NCBI GenBank assembly: GCA_965220965.1
Contig: OZ244852.1
Location: 824,621 to 888,620, forward strand
Length of the DNA: 64,000 nt
From: Candidatus Marinacidobacterium sp.
Lineage (GTDB): Bacteria; Acidobacteriota; Vicinamibacteria; Marinacidobacterales; Marinacidobacteraceae
Direction of reading: 5' to 3'
Part shown: positions 27,321 to 37,792 of the stretch, in pieces
Layout of the letters: every line of letters begins with the position of its first letter
Numbering within the stretch: the stretch's first letter is position 1
Position numbers and translations under genes: made by a program
The notes under the pieces: model-generated
What the model was told of the DNA's origin: nothing
Databases searched by the model: none
What the model saw: the letters and a program-made list of their open reading frames with translations, nothing else

Positions 27321-27952
27321 CGACCGGTTCCTCCCGGCGGTTCGGGGTCCTCGCCGCACAGTTCGCGCGCCAGCGCGACCGCGGGGTCGATCCGCCCCAT
27401 GCGCTCCGGCGGGTACACCCGCCACCTCGCCTTGCCCAGGATCAGCTCCTCGGGAAGCGGCCCCCAGTGGCGGCTGTCGCTGCTGCGGACCCGGTTGTCG
27501 CCGACCACGAAGTACTCGCCCGCATCCAGGGCGATCTCGACGCTCTCCGGACGATCCGCCAGAACGGACGCGCCGCCCCCGGAAGCCCCCGGACACGGCT
27601 GGAGGTTCGCTCCGGTCGGGGCGAGCACCAGCACCTCGTCCTCGTGGAAGCGCACGGTGTCCCCCGGCAGGCCGGCCACCCGCTTCACCAGGATAGCGCC
27701 GGATCCCCCGGGATCGCGGAACACGAGGACATCGCCGCGATCCAGCGCGCCGAACCGCACGGCGATCTTGTCGACGAGAACCCGTTCGCCCGATTCGAGC
27801 GCGGGGTCCATGCTGGCCCCCTGGATCCGGAACACCTGAACTCCGTACGTCAGGACAAGCCAGGCGCAGATCCCGGACAGGGCGCCGGTCCGGGCCAGGC
27901 GGAGGGCGGACCGCCACCGGCGGCGACCGCTCCGAACCGGGGGAGGGATCAC
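27317..27952 (-). CDS. lepB: Signal peptidase I
   Basis: TM anchor, then IQGASMDPALESGERVLVDK (Ser box), VKRVAGLPGD (Lys box) and VVGDNRVRSSDSRHWGPLP (box E). Confidence 0.9.
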   Translation of the reverse strand: MIPPPVRSGRRRWRSALRLARTGALSGICAWLVLTYGVQVFRIQGASMDPALESGERVLVDKIAVRFGALDRGDVLVFRDPGGSGAILVKRVAGLPGDTVRFHEDEVLVLAPTGANLQPCPGASGGGASVLADRPESVEIALDAGEYFVVGDNRVRSSDSRHWGPLPEELILGKARWRVYPPERMGRIDPAVALARELCGEDPEPPGGTGR

Positions 27953-29877
27953 ATCCGCTCCGGGACCGGGATCCCCAGAAGCTCCAGCCCGAGTCGGTGC
28001 TGCCAGTAGAACATCGTCACGCCGTAGGCCCGGAGTTCCCGGACCTCGGGGTCGGGTTCTCCCGCCACCTGGTGGCGGTGGTAGAAGGCGTTGAACCGCT
28101 GCGCCCCCTCGTAGGCCCAGCGCGCGAGCACCTGGGGGTCCTCCTGTTCCGCCGCCCGCGCCGCCGCTGCGCCGAGGCCGGCTGCCTCGCGCAACAACAC
28201 CCAGAGGTCCCCGGCGTCCTCCGGCGGGAGCGCGTCGAGGCGGGCGTCGAGGTCCGGGAGCGGGGCGGGGAAGCGCTCCGGAACCGGGATGTCGAGCCGG
28301 GCGAGGATGTTCTTCGCGCGAACCGCGGCGTACTGGAGGTAGGGGCCGGTGGCCCCGTCGAAGCTGAGCGCCTCCTCGAGGTCGAAGACGATGCCCTGGT
28401 TCTTCGTGACGCGGACCATAAGGTACCGGAGCGCGCCGACCGCGATGTCGCGGGCCAGTTCGGTGCGCCGTCCCTCGTCGAGGTCCGGGTTCCTCGAACC
28501 GACCTCGTTCCGGGCCCGGTCGATCAGCGCGTCCAGGAAGTCGTCCGCCTTGACCCCGACGCCCTTCCTTCCGGAGACCTCGACCGCGCCGTCGTCTCCG
28601 TCGTCGAGGCCGCCGAGACCAAGCGCCTCCACCGTCGCCCGGGTCAGCGACACCATCTCGTAAGCGAGGTGGCGGGTCCGCGCCCGGTCCGCCTCGGTGG
28701 TGAGGCGGGCGACCGCTTCCTGGACGATCTGCTGGGGATAGGTCTGGCGGGTGTCGATGACGTGGTGGGCGATCGCCGCTCCCCCGAAGCGGGGCGCCGG
28801 ATCGTCACCGGTGTCCTCCGTCGTGATCCAGGCGTCGGCGGTTCCGCCTGCGGCGTCCTGGTACCCGAAGAACCGCCGGTAACGGAAGGCGCGGTCCAGG
28901 AGCCCGAGCTGCCACATGTGGTAAGCGATGTCCTTGCCGACGTAGGTGACGGTTCCGTTCGAGCGCACGATGACCTTCTCGCCGTCCTGCGCCAGATCGG
29001 TCTCCATGACCCAGCACCCGCGGTTCTTTCCGTCCTCGCGGTAGCGGACCGCGCCGGTCTCGCGCAGCCGCTCGAAGGCGTGGTCCCAGAAGGAGAGCCG
29101 CAGGATCGTCTTCTCGCAGGCGAGCAGGTCGTAGCGCACGCCGATCCGCTCCATCGTCTCGAGGTGGCGGCGCGCCACCGCCTCGGCTACGACCTCTCCG
29201 ATGGCGGACCATGGCGGCTCGCCGCGTTCCATGCCGTGGAGCGCCTCGCGCCGCAGCGCGGCGGCCTTCGGGTCGGCGGCGATCCAGCGGGAGACCTCGG
29301 TGTAGAGATCCCAGCAGAGGTAGTCGAAACGCGGCGCTTCGGTGAGTTGCCTGACCTCGGCTTCGCCTTCCTTCCGGAGCGCCTGGAACCCGAGCGCCAC
29401 GTCCGCCACCTGGACGCCGGTGTCGTCGATGTAGTTCTGGACTTCCACCCGGCGCCCCAGGTATCGCAGGATGCGGGCGAAGGAGTCCCCCAGCGCCGCG
29501 TTCCGCAGGTGGCCGATGTGCGCCGCCTTGTTCGGGTTGATGCTGGTGTGCTCGACGATGTGGACCCCGTCGTGCGGTTCCGGGTCGTTCGGCCGCTCGG
29601 CGGCGGCGAGCCACGCCGCCCGGCGCACGAAGACGTTCACGTAGCCGGGCCCGGCGACCTCGACCCGCGCCACCTCCGGGCGCGCCTCGAGCGCCCCGGC
29701 GATCAGCGGCGCGATGGCGCGCGGCGACTTCCTGAGGACCCGGGCCAGGCCGAAGGCTGCGGGGAACGCGATGTCGCCCAGCGCCGGGGAGGGCGGCGTC
29801 TCGGCCGCCACCGCAAAATCGGGCGCCCCCGCCTGCGCCGCCGCCCGCCGCACGACCTCTTCCAGAACAGACTGCAT
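27949..29877 (-). CDS. argS: Arginine--tRNA ligase
   Basis: HTSINPNKAAHIGHLRNAALGD (HIGH motif), DTGVQVADV, and an anticodon-binding C-terminal domain ending ...GIPVPERM, as in ArgS. Confidence 0.9.
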   Translation of the reverse strand: MQSVLEEVVRRAAAQAGAPDFAVAAETPPSPALGDIAFPAAFGLARVLRKSPRAIAPLIAGALEARPEVARVEVAGPGYVNVFVRRAAWLAAAERPNDPEPHDGVHIVEHTSINPNKAAHIGHLRNAALGDSFARILRYLGRRVEVQNYIDDTGVQVADVALGFQALRKEGEAEVRQLTEAPRFDYLCWDLYTEVSRWIAADPKAAALRREALHGMERGEPPWSAIGEVVAEAVARRHLETMERIGVRYDLLACEKTILRLSFWDHAFERLRETGAVRYREDGKNRGCWVMETDLAQDGEKVIVRSNGTVTYVGKDIAYHMWQLGLLDRAFRYRRFFGYQDAAGGTADAWITTEDTGDDPAPRFGGAAIAHHVIDTRQTYPQQIVQEAVARLTTEADRARTRHLAYEMVSLTRATVEALGLGGLDDGDDGAVEVSGRKGVGVKADDFLDALIDRARNEVGSRNPDLDEGRRTELARDIAVGALRYLMVRVTKNQGIVFDLEEALSFDGATGPYLQYAAVRAKNILARLDIPVPERFPAPLPDLDARLDALPPEDAGDLWVLLREAAGLGAAAARAAEQEDPQVLARWAYEGAQRFNAFYHRHQVAGEPDPEVRELRAYGVTMFYWQHRLGLELLGIPVPERM

Positions 29878-29972
29878 CGGCGGCGCGCCCGGGAGTGTAG
29901 TGGGATAACCGGGGCGGCCGACGCGGAGCGCCCCGCTCCCGATCTGTAAGCTCCCCGGACTCCGCCGGAACG

Positions 29973-31817
29973 ATGACCCGCGCCGAATTCACCGCGTTCC
30001 TGCGCGAACGCCCCCGGGTCGGCGACGGCGCGATGGGGACCGCGCTCTACAACGCGGGCGTCGGCGTCCGGCGATGCTTCGATGATCTGAACCGGTCCGA
30101 GGCGGACCGGGTTCGCGCGATCCACGCCGCCCACATCGAGGCTGGCGCCGACGTCGTCACGACGAACACCTTCGGCGCGAACCGGATCAAGCTGTCGCGG
30201 CACGGTCTCGCCTCGGATGTCCGGGCGATCAACGCCGCCGGGGTGCGGGTGGCGCGGCGGGCGGCCGGGCCCGAGATCCTGGTTCTGGGTTCTGTCGGGC
30301 CCACCGGAGTCGAGGTGCGGCTCTCCGAAGCGGAGGTCAGGGAGTCGGTCGAGGGCGCCTTCCGGGAGCAGATCGAGGCTCTCGCCGAAGCCGGCGTCGA
30401 CGCTCTGCTCATCGAGACCTTCACGAGCGTTGACGAGTGTGAACTCGCCCTGGAGACGGCGCGGGGAATCGCGCCCGACCTCGGGGTCGCGGCGCTCCTG
30501 ACGCTGACCGACCAGGCCGAGACGCCGCTCGGGATGCGCGCCGAGGTGGCGGCCCACCGGCTCGTCGCCGCCGGGGCCGACGCCGTGGGGCTGAACTGCG
30601 GGGTGGGGCCCGACAGCACGTTCACCGCGCTCCAGGCGATCAGCGGTTCGGTGAGCGTCCCGCTGATCGCGCAGCCGAACGCCGGGATCCCGGCCACGCT
30701 CGAAGGGCGGTTCCTCTACCCCTCCTCGCCGGACTACGTGGCGCACTATGCGAAGCGCTACCTGCGCCTCGGGGTCTCGCTCATCGGGGGCTGCTGCGGC
30801 ACCGGTCCCGAGCACATCGGGGCGGTCGCCGGCGTCGTCCGGGCCGCGACTGCGGGCCGTCCGGCGAAGCCGGTGGCGCCGACGCGCCCGGCGGAATCAG
30901 CGGCCGGCAAGGAGCCCGCGCCCCCGGCCGAGCGGTCCCGGCTCGCCCGGGAACTCACGGACGGGCGGTTCTGCGTCTCGGTGGAGATGGACCCGCCCCG
31001 GGGCGGCGACGCCGAGGTGTTTCGCGAGGCGGCGAGGCGACTCGCAGACGCCGGGATCCACTATGTGAACGTGGCCGACGGTCCGCGGGCGTCGGCGCGC
31101 ATGAGCGCGATCGCGTTTGCGGCGCTGCTCGAGCGCGACGGGGCGGTCGAGACGATCCTCCACTACCAGTGCCGGGACCGGAACCTGATCGGCATCCAGG
31201 CGGACCTCCTCGGCGCTCACGCGCTCGGGATCCGGAACCTGCTCGCCGTGACCGGAGATCCGCCGAAGCTCGGGGACTACCCGCACGCGACCGCCGTGTT
31301 CGACGTGGACTCCGTCGGGCTGGTCCGGATCGTGGAGGGGCTGAACCGCGGCCTCGATCTCGCCGGCAACGCGCTCCCGTCCGTGCTGCCCTTCTTCCCC
31401 GGAGTCGGAGTGAATCCGGCGGCGGCGGATCCCGAGGCGGAGATCCGCAAGTTCCACCGCAAGAAGGAGGCGGGCGCCCGGTACTGCCTGACGCAGCCGG
31501 TCTACGAACCGCGGCTTCTCGAGGACTTTCTGGATCGGATCGGCGGCCGGGACATCCCGGTGCTCGTGGGGATCCTGCCGCTCGTGAGTTCGCGGAACGC
31601 CGAGTTCCTCCACAACGAGGTTCCGGGCATGACGGTGCCCGACGCGGTCCGGCGGCGTCTGGCGGAGGCCGGAACCCGCAAGCAGGCGCGGGCCGTCGGC
31701 GTTGCGGTGGCGCGGGAGATGGTCGAGGCGGCGCGCGGGATCGCCGACGGCGCCTACATCATGCCGCCCTTCCAGCGCTTCGACCTCGCGGTCCGTTGCG
31801 TGGAGGGGCTGCTGTGA
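29973..31817 (+). CDS. Bifunctional homocysteine S-methyltransferase / 5,10-methylenetetrahydrofolate reductase (YitJ-like)
   Basis: N-half: GDGAMGTALY...NTFGANR...GLNCGVGP...GGCCGTGPEHI (Hcy/Zn-binding domain). C-half: FCVSVEMDPPRG...HYQCRDRN...LLAVTGDPP (MTHFR). Confidence 0.85.
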   Translation: MTRAEFTAFLRERPRVGDGAMGTALYNAGVGVRRCFDDLNRSEADRVRAIHAAHIEAGADVVTTNTFGANRIKLSRHGLASDVRAINAAGVRVARRAAGPEILVLGSVGPTGVEVRLSEAEVRESVEGAFREQIEALAEAGVDALLIETFTSVDECELALETARGIAPDLGVAALLTLTDQAETPLGMRAEVAAHRLVAAGADAVGLNCGVGPDSTFTALQAISGSVSVPLIAQPNAGIPATLEGRFLYPSSPDYVAHYAKRYLRLGVSLIGGCCGTGPEHIGAVAGVVRAATAGRPAKPVAPTRPAESAAGKEPAPPAERSRLARELTDGRFCVSVEMDPPRGGDAEVFREAARRLADAGIHYVNVADGPRASARMSAIAFAALLERDGAVETILHYQCRDRNLIGIQADLLGAHALGIRNLLAVTGDPPKLGDYPHATAVFDVDSVGLVRIVEGLNRGLDLAGNALPSVLPFFPGVGVNPAAADPEAEIRKFHRKKEAGARYCLTQPVYEPRLLEDFLDRIGGRDIPVLVGILPLVSSRNAEFLHNEVPGMTVPDAVRRRLAEAGTRKQARAVGVAVAREMVEAARGIADGAYIMPPFQRFDLAVRCVEGLL

Positions 31818-31861
31818 GCGGCGGCGGCCCGGAATGAAGCGAAGGTGAAAGAATCGGAGGG

Positions 31862-32881
31862 GTGAACTCCGGCCCTGTTCCCGCCCGGCGTCCCGGGCGG
31901 ACAGCCTTCTGGTGGGGAGCGGGCGTGACGTCTCTTGCCCTTGCGTTCGCCGCAACCGCCGCCGGCGGCGGCGCGCAGCAGGTCTTCCAGTTCGAGTCGG
32001 GAGTCGATCTGGTCTCCGTCCCGGTGGCGGTGATCGGCGAGGACGGCGCCTTCATCGGCGGACTCGAGGTCTCCGACTTCCGGGTGCTCGAGGACGGGGT
32101 GGAGCAGGAAATCGTGGTGTTCGGCGCCGGGCTCGACGAGTCCTGGGTGGATCTTCCCCCGGACCAGAAGGAAGAGCTCTCCCGGCGGCAGGTGATCGGG
32201 CTGCTGCTCGACGCCTCGGGCAGCATGGAGGAGGACATGTCGCTCCTCCACGAGGCCGCGATCAAGTTCCTCACGAACATCCCCCGCACCGAGCATCTGT
32301 TCGTGATCAGCTTCGACGAGAACATCCGCCTCTCCGAGTACTCCTCCGATGACCAGCGGACCATCTCGAACCGGATCTACGACATCGAGGCGGAGGGCTG
32401 GACCGCGCTCTACGACGCGGTCGCGACGTTCCTGGACCGCGTCTGGGATTACGACGGCCGCAAGACGCTCGCGGTGTTCAGCGACGGGGCGGACTCGCGC
32501 TCGACGCTGAGCTACGCCGACGCGCTGGACCTGGTGCGGCTCGGCGACGCCACGATCCACTCGATCCATTTCGGGGACCGCACGCGCCACTCCGAGGTGT
32601 TCCAGAACGCGCGGTTCCTGCGCGCGATCTCGGAGACCACCGGGGGTTCCTACGCGCTCGCCTCATCGCTCGAACAGATCGACGAGCTCTACGACCGGAT
32701 CCTCGACGAGCTCTACAGCCAGTACAGCATCGGCTACGTCTCGAACAACCTGCGCCGCGAAGGGCGCTACCGCGAGATCGAGGTCGAACTGACCCGTCCC
32801 GATCTCAGGGACGCCGAGGTCCGCGCCCGAAAGGGCTATTACGGACCACTCGATCCGCCTGAGCCGCCTGGAAGCCGATAG
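31862..32881 (+). CDS. Secreted VWA domain protein (TIGR03436 'VWFA-related Acidobacterial domain' type)
   Basis: Signal peptide, then QQVFQFESGVDLVSVPVAVIGEDGAFIGGLEVSDFRVLEDGVEQEIVVFG followed by a VWA core (LLLDASGSM ... TALYDAV ... AVFSDGADSRS). Confidence 0.75.
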   Translation: MNSGPVPARRPGRTAFWWGAGVTSLALAFAATAAGGGAQQVFQFESGVDLVSVPVAVIGEDGAFIGGLEVSDFRVLEDGVEQEIVVFGAGLDESWVDLPPDQKEELSRRQVIGLLLDASGSMEEDMSLLHEAAIKFLTNIPRTEHLFVISFDENIRLSEYSSDDQRTISNRIYDIEAEGWTALYDAVATFLDRVWDYDGRKTLAVFSDGADSRSTLSYADALDLVRLGDATIHSIHFGDRTRHSEVFQNARFLRAISETTGGSYALASSLEQIDELYDRILDELYSQYSIGYVSNNLRREGRYREIEVELTRPDLRDAEVRARKGYYGPLDPPEPPGSR

Positions 32882-32929
32882 CGATACGGCCGGAACGCCG
32901 GGGACGCTCGGCCCGGAGGAAGCGCCTCC

Positions 32930-33250
32930 TCAGCCGGCGTCGTATCCCGTGACCCAGCGGTGGTCCACGATGAAGTCGAAGCCGCTTCGCAGCGGCCTCA
33001 GGCCGAGTTCCGCCACGAAGGAGCGGGCGAACGCCGCGCCCAGCACGTCGTCGGCGCCGCCGCGCTTCCCGGCTTCCTCGACGGCCAGGTCGGTGACCTG
33101 CAGCCGCCCTTCGATCGGGCCCGGGTCAGCGTCGGGACCGCTCGCCTGGATGCGGACGGTCCAGGGGTTGTGCTTGTCGTCTTCCGACTTCTCGGCCGGT
33201 GCGGCCTCGCCGCGGTAGGTGAGGCCGCGGCCCTCGAAGCTGAATTCCAT
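32930..33250 (-). CDS. Hypothetical small protein (106 aa)
   Basis: Strong G/C bias at the third codon position in this frame only, ATG start, no recognisable motif. Confidence 0.55.
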   Translation of the reverse strand: MEFSFEGRGLTYRGEAAPAEKSEDDKHNPWTVRIQASGPDADPGPIEGRLQVTDLAVEEAGKRGGADDVLGAAFARSFVAELGLRPLRSGFDFIVDHRWVTGYDAG

Positions 33251-33281
33251 CGGTTCGGTCCTTGCGCCGTGTTCCGTTCGG

Positions 33282-34367
33282 TTACGGGAGGTCGGGGGGG
33301 CTGAAGATCTGCGCGCCGCTCTGGCACTCGAGCGTGCCGAGGAACGCCAGGATGTCGGCGATCTGAGCGTCGTCCAGGTTGCGGTCCTGCAGCTCGTCGC
33401 GGTCGATGTAGGGGTTGTCGAGGCCGCCGCTGGCCATGATCCGCACCGCCTCTTCCAGCGTCGCCACGCTGCCGTTGTGGAAGTAGGGGGCGCTCTTCGT
33501 GATGTCCCGCAGCGTGGGCGTCTTGAACGCTCCCTGGCAGGCCTCGTCCTCCGTCGTGCTGCACCGGTCGGCTTCGGTGACGACCCATCGGCCCAGATCG
33601 GGATCCTCGGCGTCCATCCCGATCCCCACGTTGTGGTAGAGCATGTCGGTGAACAGCACGCCGGAGTGGCACACCGCGCATCCGGCCTCCGCGGTGAAGA
33701 GTTCGGCGCCCCGCTGGGCCGCTTCAGGGATGGTCGACTCGCCGCGGCGCCAGCCGTCGTAGGCGGTGTCGCCGCAATAGAAGGCGTCGCGCTCGAACGA
33801 GGCGATGGCCTGCACGACGTTCTCGGGAGTGGCCGGACCGCCGAACACCGCCTCGAACTGCTCCCGGTACCCGGGGATGGCGTTCAGCGATTCGACGACC
33901 GCGTCCGCGTCGGCGCCCATGTTGCCGCCGGTCCAGGCCGCCATCGCCTGCGCCTCGAGCGAGCCGCTGCGCCCGTCCCAGTAGAACTCGGTGTGGTAGG
34001 CGATGTTCCAGAGCGTCGGGCTGGAGCGCGTGAGCACCCGGCCGAGAGCCCCTTCCGCGACCGGCAATCCGTCGGTCAGCCCGTTCTCGACGAGGTGGCA
34101 GCTATAGCAGGAGCGCGTCCCATCGGCGGAGAGCCGGGTGTCGAAGTAGAGCTGCTTGCCGAGCGCCACCTTTTCGGGCGTCTGCGGATTGTCCGGCGGG
34201 ATGACCGGCGCCGCGAAGTCGGCGGGAGGTCCGGGAACGAACGCCGTCTCCTCGGGGACATCCTCCGCGACCGGATCCTCGCCGGCCGGCGCGCAGCCGA
34301 TCACGAAGCCGCCGACGGCGAGTGCGATCCCCAGGGACAGGAGGGCAAACAGGACGAATGGACGCAT
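33282..34367 (-). CDS. Di-haem cytochrome c peroxidase (CcpA/MauG family), lipoprotein
   Basis: ATG at 34367 gives MRPFVLFALLSLGIALAVGGFVIGC (lipobox). Two haem-binding sites, CYSCH and CAVCH, with FKTPTLRDI and PYFHNGS conserved blocks. Confidence 0.85.
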   Translation of the reverse strand: MRPFVLFALLSLGIALAVGGFVIGCAPAGEDPVAEDVPEETAFVPGPPADFAAPVIPPDNPQTPEKVALGKQLYFDTRLSADGTRSCYSCHLVENGLTDGLPVAEGALGRVLTRSSPTLWNIAYHTEFYWDGRSGSLEAQAMAAWTGGNMGADADAVVESLNAIPGYREQFEAVFGGPATPENVVQAIASFERDAFYCGDTAYDGWRRGESTIPEAAQRGAELFTAEAGCAVCHSGVLFTDMLYHNVGIGMDAEDPDLGRWVVTEADRCSTTEDEACQGAFKTPTLRDITKSAPYFHNGSVATLEEAVRIMASGGLDNPYIDRDELQDRNLDDAQIADILAFLGTLECQSGAQIFSPPDLP

Positions 34368-34506
34368 GAAGTGGAACCTCCTGGGGATCCCGGGGAGACG
34401 GGACCCGGGCGCGGGAACGCGAAATGCTACCAGCCGTTCCGGCCGGTTCCGGGGCGTTCCGCCGTTGCTGGAACGGCCCCCGCCGTTCCGCGATAGGCTC
34501 TGCTTC

Positions 34507-35403
34507 GTGCGTCGCCCGGCCCGCGGAAGAGTCATCGGGGGCGGCCTGTTGCTTGTGGCGCTCGCGGCCGCGGGGGTCGCCGCCTCGGGCGCGCTTTCGC
34601 CGTTCACCGCGTGGCAGGCGCCGCCGCCGCCGGCCGCGCCCTCGGGCCTCGCCCTCCAGCCCAGCAGGCAGGAGCTTCGCGAGATGATCGCGGCGGCCAC
34701 CGGAAGAGGGCGCCGGGGGCGCGACCGGGACCCGTTCGGGGTGGGCCCGAAGGGCATCCACGACTTCTATTTCACCCGCGCCGCCTACTCGAGTTACGGA
34801 TGGCGGGGCTGGCAGGTGGACTACCCGAAGGCCGACCGGCAATTCCTGATCGGCCTCCAGCGCCTGACCAATCTGGACTCCTACGCGATGGAAAACGGGG
34901 TCCTGCTCACCGACCCCGACCTGGGCCGCTTCCCCTTCCTCTACGCGGTCGAGGTGGGCCACATGCAGATGTCCGAGCCCGAGGTTCTGGCGCTCCGCCG
35001 GTATCTGCATCAGGGCGGCTTCCTGGTGGTGGACGACTTCTGGGGAACCTACGAGTGGCTCAACTTCGCGGGTGAAATGGGCCGCGTCCTCCCGGGCCGC
35101 CCGATCGAGGACATCCCGCTCGACCACCCGCTGTTCCACTCGTTCTACCAGGTGGACGAGATCGTTCAGGTGCCCAACGTGGGGCAGGGGATCCGGGGCG
35201 GTCCGACCTGGGAGCGGGATGGCTACACCCCGGTGGTCCGGGGCATCTTCGACGACGAGCGGCGGCTCATGGTGCTCATCAACTGGAACACCGACCTCGG
35301 GGACGCCTGGGAGTGGGCCGAGGACCCGCGTTACCCGCTGACGTATTCGCTCTACGCCTACGAGATGGGAATCAACTTCATCATCTACGCCATGACCCAC
35401 TGA
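34507..35403 (+). CDS. DUF4159 domain protein (copy 1)
   Basis: Signal-like N-terminus from the GTG at 34507. WQVDYPKADRQFL...FPFLYAVEVGHMQMSEPEVLALRRYLHQGGFLVVDDFWG...INWNTDLGDAWEW...GINFIIYAMTH is collinear with the second copy at 41525..42394. Confidence 0.7.
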   Translation: MRRPARGRVIGGGLLLVALAAAGVAASGALSPFTAWQAPPPPAAPSGLALQPSRQELREMIAAATGRGRRGRDRDPFGVGPKGIHDFYFTRAAYSSYGWRGWQVDYPKADRQFLIGLQRLTNLDSYAMENGVLLTDPDLGRFPFLYAVEVGHMQMSEPEVLALRRYLHQGGFLVVDDFWGTYEWLNFAGEMGRVLPGRPIEDIPLDHPLFHSFYQVDEIVQVPNVGQGIRGGPTWERDGYTPVVRGIFDDERRLMVLINWNTDLGDAWEWAEDPRYPLTYSLYAYEMGINFIIYAMTH

Positions 35404-35452
35404 GCGCCCCCCGGCGGCGGTGCGCTCTCTCTCGTAAATCCGGTCCGGATCG

Positions 35453-37792
35453 ATGTTCTCCCGCGCGGTCGAGTGGCTCTTCGGAAGCCCCCCGGTCGCC
35501 TTCTCCCGGGGAGATCTCGACCTCCTCGTGGCGTGGCCGGCGTATTTCGCGGGCGTCGTCCTCATCGCGGCGGTCGTGTGGTTCCTCCTCGGGTATCGCG
35601 CCGCCGGCGTCCGGGTCCGGCCCGTCGAGCGCATCCTGCTGGCCGCGGCCCGGGCGGGCGCGATCGCGCTCGCCGCGCTGTGCCTGCTTCGGCCCCAGCT
35701 CGTGGTGTCGCTCACCGTGCCGCAGGAGAACCTCGTCGCGGTCCTCCTCGACGACTCGGCCAGCATGGGAATCCGCGATGTCGCGGGCGGCGAACAGGCC
35801 CGGAGCGACGCGCTGCTGGCGGCGTTCCCGGCCGACCCGGACGAGGACCCCGATGCGCTGGGACCCCGCCTCGAAGAGGAGTTCGTCACCCGCTTCTTCC
35901 GTTTCGCCGGGGACTCGGGACGGATCGACTCGCCCCGGGACCTCACGTTCTCCGGCGCGCGCACCGACCTCGCCCGCGCGCTCACCCGCGCGGTGGACGA
36001 GCTGGCATCGCTGCCGCTCGCTGGCGTCGTCCTGCTGACCGACGGGGCGCAGACGGTCGGAGGCGAGGCGGACGAGGGGCTCGAGGAGGCGCTGCTCGAC
36101 CTGCGGGGACGCGGATTGCGCGTCTACCCGGTGGCGTTCGGGGAGTCGAGCGCGGAGGCCGACCTGGAACTGGTCAGCCCGGATCTCCCGGCGCGCGTCG
36201 TCCAGGGCTCGCTCGTCGAGGTGCGGGCGCGGATCCGCGCCCGGGGACTCGCCGGCCGGACGGCGCGCTTCGAGGTGCTCGACGAAGGGCGCATCCTGAC
36301 CCAGGAGACGGTCCGCTTCGGCTCGGACGACGAAGAGACGACCGTTGTCGCGTTCGCCCCGGCGAACGACCCGGGCGCCCGGCGACTCCGGCTTCGCGTC
36401 GCCCCGTTCACCGGGGAGACCGTCGTGCGGAACAACGAGCAGCGCGCGCTCCTGCTCGTCGAGGATCGCCCGGCGCGGATCCTCTACTTCGAGGGGCAGC
36501 CCCGCTGGGAGATGAAGTTCCTGCGGCGCGCCGTCGAGGCGGATGAGGGACTCCAGGTCGCGAGCCTGCTCCGGACCGCGGAGGGCAAGTTCTACCGGCT
36601 GGGCGTCAGCGGACCCGACGAGCTCGCCGGAGGCTTCCCGGACACCCGGGAGGAGCTGTTCGAATACGACGCCATCATCCTCGGGGGCGTCGAGGCCGGG
36701 TTCTTCACCCAGGACCAGCTCAACATGCTCCGCGACTTCGTCAGCCAGCGCGGCGGCGGCCTGCTCACCCTCGGCAGCGGGCGCTCCTACGGGAGGGGCG
36801 GGTACCGGGGCACGCCGCTCGCCGAGATCCTCCCGCTGACGCTCCCCGACGCCATGGAGACCGGGTCCGGGCCGCGTCCGGAGGATCTCCGCGAACTGCA
36901 GGTCCAGCCGACCCGGGCGGGGGCCAGCCATCCGGTCGTGCGGCTCGACCCCGATCCCGGACTCAACGCCTCCCGCTACCGCGAGCTGCCCCTGCTGTCC
37001 ACGGTGAACCTGGCGATGACCGCGAAACCCGGCGCCATCACCCTGCTCGAGGGGACCGGACCCGGCGGGGAGAGCGAGCCGGTCCTGCTGTTCCAGCGCT
37101 TTGGCCGCGGCCGGGTGGCGAGTCTCACCGTCCAGGACCTCTGGCTCTGGCAGATGGACGTCTCGGTCCCGCTCGAGGACGAGACACACGAGACGCTCTG
37201 GAGGCGGCTGCTGCGCTGGCTGGCGGCCGACGCGCCCCGCCGGGTCGAGGCCTCGCTGGCGCCGGTCCGGTCGCTCCCGGGAGAGCCGGTGACGATCCGG
37301 GCGCGCGTCGAGGACGAACGGTTCCTCGCGGTGAACAACGCCGAGGTCGAGGCGTGGATCACCGCGCCCGACGGCGAGTCGCCGCCGGTCCCGCTCCTGT
37401 GGACGGGCGAGGCCGACGGCGAGTACTCCGGAGTCTTCGTCCCGGCCACCGCCGGGCTCCACCAGGTCGAGGTGCGCGCCGCCGGCGGCTTCGTCGGGGA
37501 GGGCGCGGCGCCGGGGAGCGCCGAGGCCTGGGCCGAGGTCGGGGCGGTGGATGACGAGTTCTTCGGCGCCGGGACCGACCGGGAGCTGCTTCGCCGGATC
37601 GCCGACTCGACCGGAGGCCAGATGTTCGAGGTGGACGGCGCCGAGGACCTGGTGGACCATCTGAGCATCGGCGAATCGGGCGCCACCGTCGTGGAGCGGC
37701 GCGATCTGTGGAACCAGCCCGGGGTGTTCCTCCTGCTGCTTGCGCTTCTCGCGGCGGAGTGGTGCGGTCGCTCGCTCCGCGGGATGGCCTGA
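35453..37792 (+). CDS. Membrane protein with VWA-like domain and class-I glutamine-amidotransferase-like (DUF1355-type) domain
   Basis: N-terminal TM helices. VAVLLDDSASMG (VWA DxSxS). ILYFEGQPRWEMKFLRRA...YDAIILGGVEAGFFTQDQLNMLRDFVSQRGGGLLTLG (GATase1-like fold seen in Bat-type clusters). C-terminal TM helix. Confidence 0.65.
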   Translation: MFSRAVEWLFGSPPVAFSRGDLDLLVAWPAYFAGVVLIAAVVWFLLGYRAAGVRVRPVERILLAAARAGAIALAALCLLRPQLVVSLTVPQENLVAVLLDDSASMGIRDVAGGEQARSDALLAAFPADPDEDPDALGPRLEEEFVTRFFRFAGDSGRIDSPRDLTFSGARTDLARALTRAVDELASLPLAGVVLLTDGAQTVGGEADEGLEEALLDLRGRGLRVYPVAFGESSAEADLELVSPDLPARVVQGSLVEVRARIRARGLAGRTARFEVLDEGRILTQETVRFGSDDEETTVVAFAPANDPGARRLRLRVAPFTGETVVRNNEQRALLLVEDRPARILYFEGQPRWEMKFLRRAVEADEGLQVASLLRTAEGKFYRLGVSGPDELAGGFPDTREELFEYDAIILGGVEAGFFTQDQLNMLRDFVSQRGGGLLTLGSGRSYGRGGYRGTPLAEILPLTLPDAMETGSGPRPEDLRELQVQPTRAGASHPVVRLDPDPGLNASRYRELPLLSTVNLAMTAKPGAITLLEGTGPGGESEPVLLFQRFGRGRVASLTVQDLWLWQMDVSVPLEDETHETLWRRLLRWLAADAPRRVEASLAPVRSLPGEPVTIRARVEDERFLAVNNAEVEAWITAPDGESPPVPLLWTGEADGEYSGVFVPATAGLHQVEVRAAGGFVGEGAAPGSAEAWAEVGAVDDEFFGAGTDRELLRRIADSTGGQMFEVDGAEDLVDHLSIGESGATVVERRDLWNQPGVFLLLLALLAAEWCGRSLRGMA

